Assembly: GCA_001643675.2 (NCBI GenBank)
Contig: LSRY02000020.1
Coordinates: forward strand, 806,001 to 870,000
Length of the DNA: 64,000 bases
Origin: Monocercomonoides exilis PA203
Taxonomy: Eukaryota; Protista; Preaxostyla
Direction: 5' to 3'
The notes under the pieces were generated by a model. That model saw only the letters and a list, made by a program, of their open reading frames with translations, was not told the DNA's origin and did not search any database. The position numbers and the translations under genes are program-made. Positions 46,086-58,600 of the stretch are shown here, piece after piece. How positions within the stretch are numbered: the first letter of the stretch is position 1; every line of letters begins with the position of its first letter.

Positions 46086-46135
<50 letters not shown>
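46086..46135 (+). repeat. Uninterrupted A50 homopolymer
   Basis: 50 consecutive A residues between the TM2 gene end and the mannosidase start. Confidence 0.9.
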
Positions 46136-46136
<1 letters not shown>

Positions 46137-46297
46137 ATAAGATGTGAATTGTCTTAAAAATTGAAAAAAAATATTTCTACAAAGACAAAAAAATAGATCG
46201 ATAATTTAAAAATCAAGGATTGAATTTGAATAAAATTAATTTTAATTAAAACTTTGAATTCCATGATTTTTAATAATGAATTGATGCAAAATAGTTT

Positions 46298-46756
46298 TTA
46301 GCAATCCAATCCAACCGGAGTAAGATTTCCATACGCAAGAAGAATAATATCCAAAATCCACCAAATTCCGAAACCTCCAAAAGAAGAAAGCTTTGCTACT
46401 CCCATAGCAACATGCCCCATATAAAACCTGTCTGCACCAAGAAATCCGAAAAAAACAGATAAGAGAAATGCAGTCGGGAACGTTGTGAAACATGGCCTTG
46501 ATTTGTGTTCAAATAAATTAAAATCATTAGAAAATGAAAAATAATTTCACTCATACGCACGTAAATTTAAGTCGTCTTCTTCAATAACTTCAGATTTTTC
46601 GGTAGACTCGAAAGTGAATGAATCAGTATTTTTCACAAAGCCATCATTGTAACTTCCAAAAATGCTTTGCTCCTCGACAGGCTCAACGCATGAAACATTG
46701 TTAATGAAAAAATTAAAATGATTTGTTATTATTAAGAACAATACTAGAAAAATCAT
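46298..46756 (-). CDS. TM2-domain protein (TM2D/BBP/almondex-like); exons 46756-46557 and 46496-46298
   Basis: Signal-like N-terminus. The exon 2 frame (not shown in the ORF track) reads TAFLLSVFFGFLGADRFYMGHVAMGVAKLSSFGGFGIWWILDIILLAYGNL, the canonical TM2 GxDRFYxG...GG.GIW..D motif. Confidence 0.9.
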
Positions 46757-46930
46757 CTATTTAGTTTTTTCATTAATTAATATTTTTATAATGGTATTTT
46801 TCCATTAATAATTGAAAAGAGTTGGTGAGCAATTGCTTTATTGGTTTGTATCTTCCAGCAGCAAAATTCATTTGGACCATAATTATATTTCAAATAAATA
46901 ATTTGAATTTTTTATCCAAACACAAATGAA

Positions 46931-49053
46931 ATGACATATAAAGGAAATGTTCAAATGTCAAACGAAACAATTGAACCAACGGATATTCAGCTGCCTCCTT
47001 ATTATTGGATAAGCCAACGTGAACCAATTACGCGATTATTTTTCCTTTTTTTGCACATCCATTGCAAATTTTCCAATAATCCTTCTCCATTACCAGGAGA
47101 CATACAAACAAATTTTCTTTTTGATTTATTTGCCTTGAAATGTGAAGGTGCTCCTGAGATATACGCACCAAATAGAATTCAACGAAATATTCTTGGGAAA
47201 TATCTCAACAATATGCTTCAATATTATTATGTGACTTCAGCAAAGAAATTTGAATATACAGTGCAGGCGTTGCCCCCCCACTTAAAAGTTGAAAAGCTAA
47301 AATCAAAACCAAAAGGTTTGAACAAATTTATTATTATTATTTTTTCAAATAATTTTGAAAAGATGGTCGAACCACATATTGCGGATTATTATGCCATCCA
47401 AAGCTAATTGAAAAAGATAAGATGAAAGATGAAATCGAATTGTTTTTAAAACAAACTCACCATGATTCAATTGAATGGACTATTCCAGAAGTGATACGAT
47501 ACACAAAACAAAAATCAAAAGCACAATTGCAAAAGTCAAAAGAAGAAAAAGAAAAGCATTCGACATTTATCCCGCCTCATCATTTTTTCACATACCAAAC
47601 TTCCACAAAAGAATCATCAGTTGAAAGTGAAATAAAAAATACCAGTAATCTTCTGCTTGTAATTCCCTTTTGTCCCTTGATGCACATTGATTACATTTCA
47701 TTTCACTCAACTTTTATTTTGTTCGGAGAATACAGTCCAACTCCGATGATCGAAGCGCCACCCCTTCAACACAAGATGCTGGAAGTTCATCAAAAACAGC
47801 AAGAAGCACCCAAAAGGATTCGCCCAATTCCTAAAGCTCTAACACGCCCGCGCTCAATTTTTGGAGGAAGCATTACTTCAAAGCCCTTTCCCGATTTTTC
47901 TCAACCGGATACACAAATGCAATCTCAGGCAGACACCCAAAAACATGAAGCAATTCACAAGAAAAATTTCTCTCCTTCATCATCATCATCATCTTCTTCT
48001 TCTTCATTGTCTTCATCTTCTCATTCATCGCGATCAAGTGAATCAAACGCTCCGTCTGCCATTCTTCCGCTGTCGCACCTTCGCTCGCGCGCTTCGACAG
48101 CACTTCCCTCATCAATTTTTTCGCCTTTTGACTCGCTTCCTTCATTTCCGTTTATTCAACAGACAGGCCAAAAGCTTGCACTGTCCAGGCCTCCTGCAAT
48201 TTCTGCCCAGTCTTTCCCCAGTCCTTCTTCTTTTATGCCTCCATCACCCTCTCCTTCTACTCCACCTCCTTCATTTCCATCACGCTCACCTTCTTTTCCA
48301 CCTTCTTCATCAACGCCTTTTCCTTCTCCTTCTTCAATTCCATTTCCAAGTGCAACTTCATCATCTCTGGTATCCCCCAAATCTGTGATTGCTCCTTCTT
48401 CTTTTATGAATCCAGCGTTCAATAATCCAATACTCCATTCATTTCCCTCATTTCCGTCTTTCCCTTCTTTTCCTTCTTTCCCATCAGCCACATCCACTTC
48501 AACAACATCGCCATCATCTTCCCAATCTGCCAATTCCATTGCAGCAACCATTTCTCTTTCATTACCACAAACTTCTGTTTTTTCGCCTTTCTATTCAGCA
48601 CCAGCACCAGCACCAGCACCGCCTGGTCAGCAAGCGATATTTCCGCCATCTCATTCAAATGAACAGAATGTCACGTCACAAACAGGCCTTTCATCGCAAC
48701 AGCCGCTTCTCTCGAAACATTCAACAGAACAGACAATCACTTCTTCAGAACATCAGCAGCAAAGTCACGAAAAGCGCTCAAACCCTTCATTAACAGAGCA
48801 AACTGCCCCTCATCTCTCTTTGGAAAAAGTGCAGCTTCCTCCTTTTCTCGCCAAAAGAGGGTGTCACATCCGAAACATTAAGCTGCACTCCTCTTCGACT
48901 GTTGGCTCAGTCGCCTGGATGTTCCAGCTGCCTTTCAAGCCGGCAGACCCCATGCCGATCCACACAGCACAGAAAGGAATGAAGTTTTGGGCGGCGTGGA
49001 AACTTCCGGAGGATTTTGTTCCAAATGGTGCATTGCAGTTTCGTGGAAGTTAG
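46931..49053 (+). CDS. Hypothetical protein, two exons, with long S/P/F-rich region
   Basis: An intron (GTTTG ~47316 to AAG ~47362) joins ORF 46931 in frame with ORF 47422-49053 (KPKDGRTTYCGLLCHPK). Confidence 0.7.
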
Positions 49054-49656
49054 AGATGAAGAATTTTAATGGAATTTTATTTTGCTTAGTTTATTTATTT
49101 TTCTAAAAATTTTTAATATTTGAGTATGTTTTTGTGTTGATAAGAAGATAGAAATATGCTTATTGAAATAATTCAGATATTTCAGCATTTTTATTTTTAT
49201 TTTTATTTTTATTTTTATTTTTATTTTTTCTTTTCCCCCTTTGACAAACGATGCAATATTTTCCAGTTGCAACTGTTACTCAAACCTTTAATTACGAGGC
49301 TCCAAAATTATAACAAAATTTATCTATGCAATATGTACGTTCATAACAAAAAAATTAAATAAATAAATAAATAAATAAAAAAAACAAACCTAAAAATCAA
49401 AGAACATAACGTATTAAACACCGCATTCAATGTACAGAAGCTCAGAATAAACAAATACACAAAGAACAGAAATACATCGACAACAATATCAAATAACGAT
49501 TTAAACGCTCCATTAATAATATAAATAATCCAATAAATAATCTGAATTCAAATAATAATTATTTAAAAAAATAAAATAATATAATATAAAAAAATGAATT
49601 AAAAAAAAAAAATTAAATAATATCAAATAATGTCAAATATAATATTACTATTCCTT

Positions 49657-52600
49657 TCATGATAGGCGAATAACAACAGTAGAGACGTTGTCTGTCGTTC
49701 CCAGTGCAAGTGCCACGCTCTTCAGCTTCGACGCGATCTTTGCGCAGTTCGAAGGAAACGCCGGGTCAGAAAGCGGACACATCAGCAGACGCGAGTGGAA
49801 GTCATCAGCTGGCTCTGAAAACTGGTCAATGAAGGGGGAGTTGAGCGAGCATGGGGAAGAAGGCTGAGAAGGAAGGGAGAGAGGAGTCGAGGATAGAAGC
49901 ACAGGCGGCTGGGGGTGTGTAACTTGGTCGTCAGAAGAAGCAAGAGTTGTATTGGGAAAAGAACGAATGGATGAAGAAATAGTTGAAGAAGAAGAAGAAG
50001 GCAAAGAATCAACATTCATTGAAGTCAGCAAAGAAGGTGGAAGAGGAAGAGAATCAGAGCCAGCTTCAGAGGAAAGCATCTGTGAAACTGGTGACATTGG
50101 CGAAGGATGATGAAGCGGAGGCAGAAAAGGAGAAGGCGAGCCAGATGAAGGTACTGTTTGCAACAAAGAAATACTTGAAGCAGAAGAAGAATTTGATGAT
50201 GATGACGCTGGGGATGATGATGATAACAACGAAGCAGAAGAAATTGAAGAGTCAGAAGGTGAAAATACTTCCAATGAAACAGATGTCGTTGGCGAAGACG
50301 GGTTCAGAGGCATCGGAGGTGTGGTTATTGGTGTTGTTGCTGAGTCTGAAGGCGAATGCTGCTGAGAAGAGAATGCTTGGCTGTTGTTCTGAGGATCAGT
50401 TGCAGACACTTTTGCAGGTGACAATGCTCCAATCAAAGAAGAAGAAGAAGAAGAAGGAGCTGAAGAATTAGAATTTGAAGAAGAAGAAGGCAGATCCGAC
50501 AGATCCCTTGAGATGCCATCGAACATAAGAGCGCTTGCCTTCAGCTGCTCCGCAACAATCGGCGGGTTCTGTACAGCTTCATCACACGCTGCATCCGACG
50601 TGTTCTGCCCCTGTTTCTGCAGAGTCCCTTCTGCCTCGCTGTCTGATGAACTCACTTCGCTCTCTGCATTCAGCCCAATAAAGTTGGCAAAGCGGCTGAT
50701 CAGGCGGCTGCTGCTGCGGGGCGTGCTATGTGCTTTCCCCGCAGTCGCTCGCATGGCTGCCTCATCAGGCGCATCGAGCTCTTCGAAGCCGTCGCTCGAG
50801 TCGTCCGCTCCTCCTCCTCCTCCTCCATTGCTGCCGCAGCTGCTGTTGCTATTGATGATGCTGTTGGACTGCCCTCTTTCTGCCATCTGGATGAGTGGCG
50901 TCTCGTTGGCTGGCTTCTTAGGCTGCGGTGTGTCGAAGAGAGGGCTGTTGCGCTGAACAGGCATGTTTAGAAGCGGAGGAGGAGGAATGGGTGCATTCGA
51001 AGAAGAAGGTGACGACGATGAAGAAGGCAGTACATCTGGAACATTCAAAGATAAAAACGAGGGAGATGCAGCAGACAGCTGAAGAGCAGAAGATGTGATT
51101 TCTGCAGTAGATGAAGCAGAGGTGACAGCAGCATTGGCAGCTATTGCTTTGTGCATAATTTGCTCATTTGACATTTCACAGGCTGTTTCTTCCGTTTCAT
51201 CCAGCAGCGAAGGCTCGATGCTCCACCAGGGATGCTGCTGCTGGGGCAGTGCTACAGAAGGCCTGCTAACATAAGATTGATACATACCATTTCCATTTTC
51301 ATTCTCGTTCTCGTTCTCACTCACATCCGACAGAAGCTGTTTCGACCACAGCTTCTTTGTCAGCATGCGCAGTTCTTTTCTCTTGTCTTCCTGTTCTTTC
51401 TCAAACGTCACTCTTTCTTTCTCTTCCACACCCAGAACAATGGCGCTGAGGTAGTTGTTGTCCACAACATCGAACAGCCCGTCGCAGCCGATGATGAGAT
51501 ACCTGTCAACATACTCGTCTGCACTGACACTCGACATCACTGGCTCATCGAATTGAATATCTTCTCTGTTTCTGAATGAGACAAAAGAAGAAGAAGAGGA
51601 AGAAACGGAAGCTGGCGTGAAGCTGATTGTTGTGGCATTTGTTGTCTTCACCTGCAAATTGTGCATTGTGTTGTCAGTCGATGCATCAGAATTGCTTGAT
51701 ACTTCAGGAATTTGTTCAGAAGGCAGCTTCAAAGATGGTGGGCTGCATATGCTCATAACACTTTCTTCCACATTTTCAGTCGTTTTGAACGGCAGCTGAT
51801 GCTCAGTCATCCTGCAGCAATCAACACACTCCTTCGCAGAATGTTCTGATTGCTGCCGCTGAGTCTGTTGCATCTGCTGCAGTTCCATTTGTTCTATTTC
51901 ACGTTCAATATGCAATTCTTGTCGTTGAATGTGTTGTCCAGCTGATTGTGTCCAATGCTTCTCCTCTCCTCCACACAGATGTTGATGCTGCTGATGCTGT
52001 TGATATTGCTGCTGTGGTTGCTGCCTCCCTCTCAGAAACCTCTTCACCGCCAGCTTCGTCAGCTGCGCAATCGTGCCGTTCCCATCGTACTCAACACAGT
52101 TCATTTCTGGTTCATCGCTAACTGGACGAGGGAGCGTATAATTGCCAAATGCCCTTGCAACTGCAAGCACGCCGCCCAGCCGCATCTGAGAGGAAATGTA
52201 GTTCCCGTCGCGCCGCACAATCCGCTCGATCTCAGAGTGGTTGAAGAGCTTGTGGTCGTGCACGATTGCGTACGAGGCATAAGGAAACGTCTTTGTGAAG
52301 CTCAGAGAAGGCAACAGCTGCGAGGGAGGGCTCAGAGAAGGCGAGATGCGAAGGAGCGCGTTGTGTTTGACTGGAGAAGAGAAAGCGTGCGATTGCTGAG
52401 CACTTTCTTTGGATGCAACATCATCTTCTGTCTCATTCTCTTGTTTATGTTTAGAAGAGACAAAGTGCGATTGTCCTTCCATTCCAACTGTATGATTCCT
52501 TCGTGAGTGTTCATAAGCTTCCAGTTTAGTATGCATTTTCTGATGATTCGCATCCATCCCTTTCATTCCCTTCCCTTCTCCTTCATCCTGCTCTTTATCC

Positions 52601-55600
52601 TCCTTCTCCTTCCCTTCTCCGTCTCCTCCCAGCAATCTCTGAAGCTCAGCGATCTTCCGGCTGACGACACGCTGCTGCCACGAGGCAAAGTGCTCCTTCA
52701 CCACCACTGCTCTACAGTCGCCGACGTGTGCTGTGTGCACGAAGCGCGACGTGAGCAGGACACAGCAGCAGACAGACCCACCTTCCAAGTTGATGACACG
52801 GAGGGCAGACGAGGCAATGCGGAAGGAGTGACGCAGGACAAGAGACAGAAAGGGGCGCACAACTGAGTTGAAGGAGAATGTGCCTAAGAGTGGGAACTCT
52901 GAAAGTTCATTGCTCTCTGTGCGATTGTTATTCCTATCATAATCAAGATTACTACGTGAATGTGAATGTGTTTGTGAAGGTGAATGTAAATCTGAAGCAG
53001 AACTCGCTTTTTCATTGACAACGATGCTTTCCCAATCAAACTGCGGCAGCTGGCTTTCAGTGAGCTGTGTGTATGAGGCAGAAAGAAGCGAACGAGAGGT
53101 AAGCAGAGCTGTTGGCATGGGCAGAAGAGAAGACGGAGAGTATTTGTGCTCTGATGAATCACTGCTTCCACAGACGCCTGTGCAGGTGATGCTATCATTT
53201 GGGTGCTCCTCTGAATGAGGAGAAGGAGGATTAGATGAGCAGGCGTGTTCTGGTGAGTTTTTGTGATTGGATGAAATGGAGGAGGAAGAGGAAGAGGAGG
53301 TGAAGGACGATTGATTGAAAGAAGGAGAAGGAGAAGGAGAAGAGGGGAAGGAGGAAGATGATGATGAAGCAACCGACTTAAAATAGCACTGCCATTTCTT
53401 GATGTTTGTCTCTATCAGAAAATAGATGCATTCGAACAGCGACTGGATGAACGAAGGAAGAAGCAGGTGTGAAAGATGCTCTGCGCAGAAGTGCTTGTTG
53501 TGTCCGTCGCTGACTGCGTAGAAGCCGAGCGACGGAATCGGTGGTGGTGGCAGGCGGTGGCACAGACACGGATAGAGAGAGGAAAATAACTCCCAGTCCT
53601 TTTGGGTGATTGGCGGGAAGGAGGAGGAGGAGGAGGAGGAGGAGGGTTCTGAGGATGATTGTTGATGCCGTTGCTGATGTTGATTTTCGTGTTGATTTTG
53701 TTGACTTTTTTGACTTTGTTGACTTTCTTGATTTTCTTGCTGTGGAGGCGTGGAAATGGGATCTTTTGCAGAGCTGTCATTAGAAATGATTGAAGGTGTA
53801 GCAGAATAATTGTGCGTCTGTGACAAGTCAACAGTGGTGAACTCAGGACTTTCAAAGAGCGATTGTGGCACAGCTTCGCAAGAAGAAGGCAAAGATGCGT
53901 CTTGAAGCGTCGATGATGAAGAAGAGGAGGGAGAGGAGGAAGAAGACGATGAAGAGGACGAAGACGACGACGAAGAAGAAATAGAAGAACAATCCAACTC
54001 CAACTGTCCCTCATTCATTTCCCTTCCAACATTATATTTTCTCATCACTTCCTCGTTGTATTCGTCCAACTGTGTAATTCTCCTCGAAAACGTTCCGGAT
54101 GACCAGAAATGCAGCACACACGACGCCCACAGCGGAAGCACAGAGAAAAAAAGTGTTTGCGTCTTCTGAGGCTGTGCTCCAAGCGATGACTGGATGAATG
54201 CTGGCTGGAGATGAGAGTGGGGTAGCGGCGGGAAGCATTCGAAGGCGACGATGGAGAGGCAGACGTTGAGGAGGGTGTCTAAACAGCGCGATGAGAGCAG
54301 GGCTGACCAGTGCAAGGCTCTTTGCCGGTGGAAGAGATAGTGAATTGAGGTGCTGTGGTGTTGGCGTGAAGAAGAAGAAGAAGAAGATGATGATGATGAA
54401 GGAGGAGGAGGAAGAGGAGGAAGAAGGGGAGGAGGCTGTGTGAACCAGCAGGATGAAGGCCTGTGTGTGTTATAGCTGATGTGTTGTCTGTTATCTTCAA
54501 TGTTCAGATGGCTATTATTATTATTATTATTATTATAGTTATTGTTATGGTTGCTTAAGACCCCCTTGTTTTGTGAATGATCCGGATGTGGGTAGAAAGA
54601 ACCAGGTGAAGTGGCAGTGTTGCAGTGATATCGATGCGACGAGTGCGAAAGCGAGGCAAAATGGTGGCTGGTCAGCGTGAAAGGAGGGAGAGGGAGGAAA
54701 AGAGAAGAACGGGCCTTGTGAAATGGCGTGGTGAGCGTGGCGGAAGGAGTGAGACGGATGAAAAGAGGGAGAGGTGAAGATGAAACAGAGGGAAGCTTGA
54801 GATTATGTGGGGGAGAAGGTGGAAGTGAATGAAGAGTGCTGGGTGACTGTGGGCGGAGTGGAGATGGTTCGTGAGGAGCGCCAAGAAGAGGAAAAGAAAA
54901 CATTGAAAGTGAAGAAGAAGGTAAAGAAGAAGGAAAAGAAGGAAGAGGAGAAGGAAAATGTGAAGGAGAAGGAGAAGGAGAAGAAGGAGATGAAGATGAC
55001 GATGATGAAGGCGATAAACAAGTTGCTGTTGATAAGCAAGTCAACGGCGACCGCTCATCAAACTTCCCACACAGCGAGTCCAAGTGACTCACCGCTGTTG
55101 AATGTGCAGAATTCGTGTTCTCCTGCTTCAAAGATGCCATTTCGCATCCATCTGACCACAAGACAGTTGTTTCACACAGAGCAAAAGGAACAATTGTGAC
55201 TGCATCTTCCTGTGAAGGGCGTGGGCCGATTCCTTCTGAATATGCACAGAACGAAGAGGTGCTCAGAAGCGGAGGAGGTTCAAACGGAGGTTGGGGCTTT
55301 TGATGAGGGTCTGAGGTCGTTGGCAGTGGAAATGACATCGATGACTGTATTGACGCTGGCATAGGTGATTGCAATGGCGATGGCAATGGCGATGAAGATG
55401 GTGAAGCAGATGACAAATCTGCAGGAACAGGCCTCTCTACCACAGCCAGCGAGAAATGTGGTGTTTTTTCCATAGGCACGTCGATGCATTTATCACAGAT
55501 GGCTTTGTTTGAATGAGAGCAAAGGGAATCTAAGTAATGCTGGTGGTTGATGTTGAACACGCGGCTGCGGAACTGGATGCGGTTGACGAAGTGGGACGGG

Positions 55601-58600
55601 TAGTCGAACAAGGAGAAGAGAGAGACGAGGGAAGAGAGTGTCGTTTGTGGCTGAAGGGGAAGGTAGTGCTGGGAGGCTGGGCGGGGCTGGGACTGAGAGA
55701 GAGGCAAAGGCAGTGGCAGTGACATAGATAGAGACTGAGTTGGAGTAGAAGAAGAAGAAGAGGAAGAGAAAGAAGAGGAAGAGGAAGAAGAGACTGAAGA
55801 AGCAGAATAGGAAAGGAATGTGCTGTTTCCTGGCTGCTGTGTGTTGATCTGCCGCATCTGTGGTGGTGTGATCTGCTGTGTGTTTGAAGGCAGGCTGGGG
55901 CTGGCAGATGCTGAAGAAAGCGAAGAAGCAGCAGAAGAAGCAGAACCAGAATAAGAAGAAGATGACGATGAAGATAATGACGACGACGAAGACTGAACAT
56001 CTATTCGTGGCTTTGGTTTAGTACGCTCTCTCATCATTTCCATCCAAGTTGTGTTTGAGCAGAGTGGGTTTCCTGAAAGGTCGAGCATTTTCATAGCAGC
56101 CAGCTCTGCTATGGGCACATTCAGGAGCTCGTCGGCGCTGGAGATCTGGTTGTAGGAGAGATCGACTGTGGTCAGCTGGTGCTGGGGGTTGCTGGCTGAT
56201 TGGTTGGATGAAGAGGAAGAAGAGGAGGAAGAAGAGGAGGATGAAGATGAAGATGAGGAAAATGAAGAAGAAGAGGAGGAAGAGGAAGAAGAAGAAGAAG
56301 AAGACGATGATGACATCGAAGACGGCGCAGTCAAGTTCCCACGAAGCGCTGCGAAAAAATCCGATGGAAGAACCTTCAGCTTGTTTCCTGCGCATGTGAA
56401 CACAGACAAATGAGGGTGATAAATGAAAAAAGTCTCTTCGTTGTTTGGGCTGAGGGTGCTGAGGGAGGTGTGGTCGAGTGCGAGCACTTCGACAGAGGGA
56501 GGAATCATATAAAGCGGATGGCGCTGGCGCTGCTGAGGAAGTTGTGGTTGATGTTGAAGCTGTTGAAGCTGTTGATGCTGCTGTTGTGACTGCCTCTCTC
56601 TAGACGATTGGAATGCGCTCTGATCAGATGAGAAGGAAGAAGAAGATGGATGCAATTGAGCTTGAGACTGGTGCTGAAGCTGGCATTGTGCTTGTAACTG
56701 GAGCAATGTTTGAGGCTGCCCTTGTATCTGAGGCAGAACCAGCTGCTGTGTCGGCCTCGACATCTGCGTTGGATACGACAAAGCACGAGAGATTGAACTG
56801 GGGCATATAAATGTGGGTGTTCCATTTATTGTTGTGGAGACATCATGTGACAGAGGAATAGGAGAAGCGAGAGAAGACGAGACGGAGGAGGAGGCTGAGG
56901 ATGAAGATGAAGATGAGGAGATGCTGGCGCGCTCTACAGAGGCAGGCATGATGATAGCAGTGTTTGGATGTGCTGAAGTAAACGAGGCTGAAATATTACC
57001 AGGCAATTGCGCAACTGATGGAGAAATAACAGAATTTGAGGTATTTGAAGCATTACTGTTATTCGTGTTATTCATATAATTCGAGGCAAGTGAATTAACA
57101 GCCCCTGACTTGACATTCATCGAATGTGCATTTGTTGCTGCTCCCATCTGCTGAGTCTGAACCTGGGTCTGAGTCTGCAATTGTGCCTGTGCCTGTGCCA
57201 TCCCTCCAAAATGAGGCAAGGCAGTCGGCGACGGTACCACAAACGAAGGCAGAATTGTGCCCTGCATTTGAGGCGGTGGGGCAACAGGCGAAGGCACAAT
57301 CCGAACAGAAGAAGCAGAAGGAGCAGAAGGAATAGAAGAACCAGCAGGGTTTCTTCCATAAAAAGAATGTATAGTCAGTTGAGTAGGAGAGGTAGGGGCT
57401 CGAATTGCGCTGCGGGTGTTGGGGACGGAGAGTGGCGATATGCAGTTGGAGATCAAAGAAGACGGATAGCCAGAAACTGGTGCTGATGCCGATGCTGATG
57501 TGGGTGTAGATGACAATGCCGTGGATGTTGCAGCAGCAATAGCAGAGCCAGAGGCGTTTGAAGTAGCCAGTGAAGATATTGGATTCATTGAATTTATTGT
57601 GTTCATTGTGTTCATTGGATTCATAGAAGCACCTACATTTGCTGAAGGCACAGGGAAGCATCTGCTGTTCTGCATCAAGCGATTTCCGAACAGCGCAGCC
57701 GGAGGAATAACAGGAGGAGCAGCAACAGGTGGAGTGGCAAACAGCCCCTCGTTGCCCGCAAGGACGAGAGTGGTGAGTGTGTTCATCCGTCTTAGACAAG
57801 AAGGGAGCTGCGTGAGGTTGTTCCAGCTGACGTCAAGGCGGCTGAGCTTTGTGAAGGACTCCAGAGGAGATATGCGGGCAAAGTGGTTGGGCCGCTGGGG
57901 TAAGTAAGGAGAAGACGGAGATAAGGGAGAAGAAGGGGAAGAAGGGGAGGAAGGGGAAGAAGGCGACGAGGGGGATTTCGATCGGTTGGAAATGTGCGGA
58001 GAATGATGTTTTTTGCTTTGGGATGAGGGCATTAATGATGATGGCTGTACCTGGATGTTTGACAGTGGCTGGGTGATTGTTGATGTGGCTGGGACGAAAG
58101 GAGAGGAATGCAATGAAGATGCGCCCAGTGCGCTTGAACTGCTGAGATTGAGAACAGGCTTCACACGTGTCAGTGTCTGAGAGGTGATAACAACCTGTTT
58201 GGGAGAAGAAGAGGAAGAGGAAGAGTAAGAAGAAGCAGAAGAAGGAATAGAGGAAGAAGTAGAAGAAACAGAAGAAGAAGCAGTTGAATGCAAAAAATTC
58301 GCCCTTCTCGCGAGCGAGTCGCTCTGCAGAAGGTCCAAATAGCTTCTGTGTGACAGATACGACTGTGAGACAGCAAGGCTCTTCAGATGGTTGCACGACA
58401 GCAGCAGAGTCGCCAGCGACTTCTCAATGGGAACAGTCTCCTTCGGCAGCAGCAGCGGCACTGGCTGCTCTACTCTTTTGTCCTCGCGGAAGTTCGAGTG
58501 CACACCGGATGTGCTGACTGATCCAATGCCCATGCTGCTGAGAGGGTTGATGCTGCCTCCAGCACTGTTTATGCCATTAAATCCACTTATTCCAGTTATT

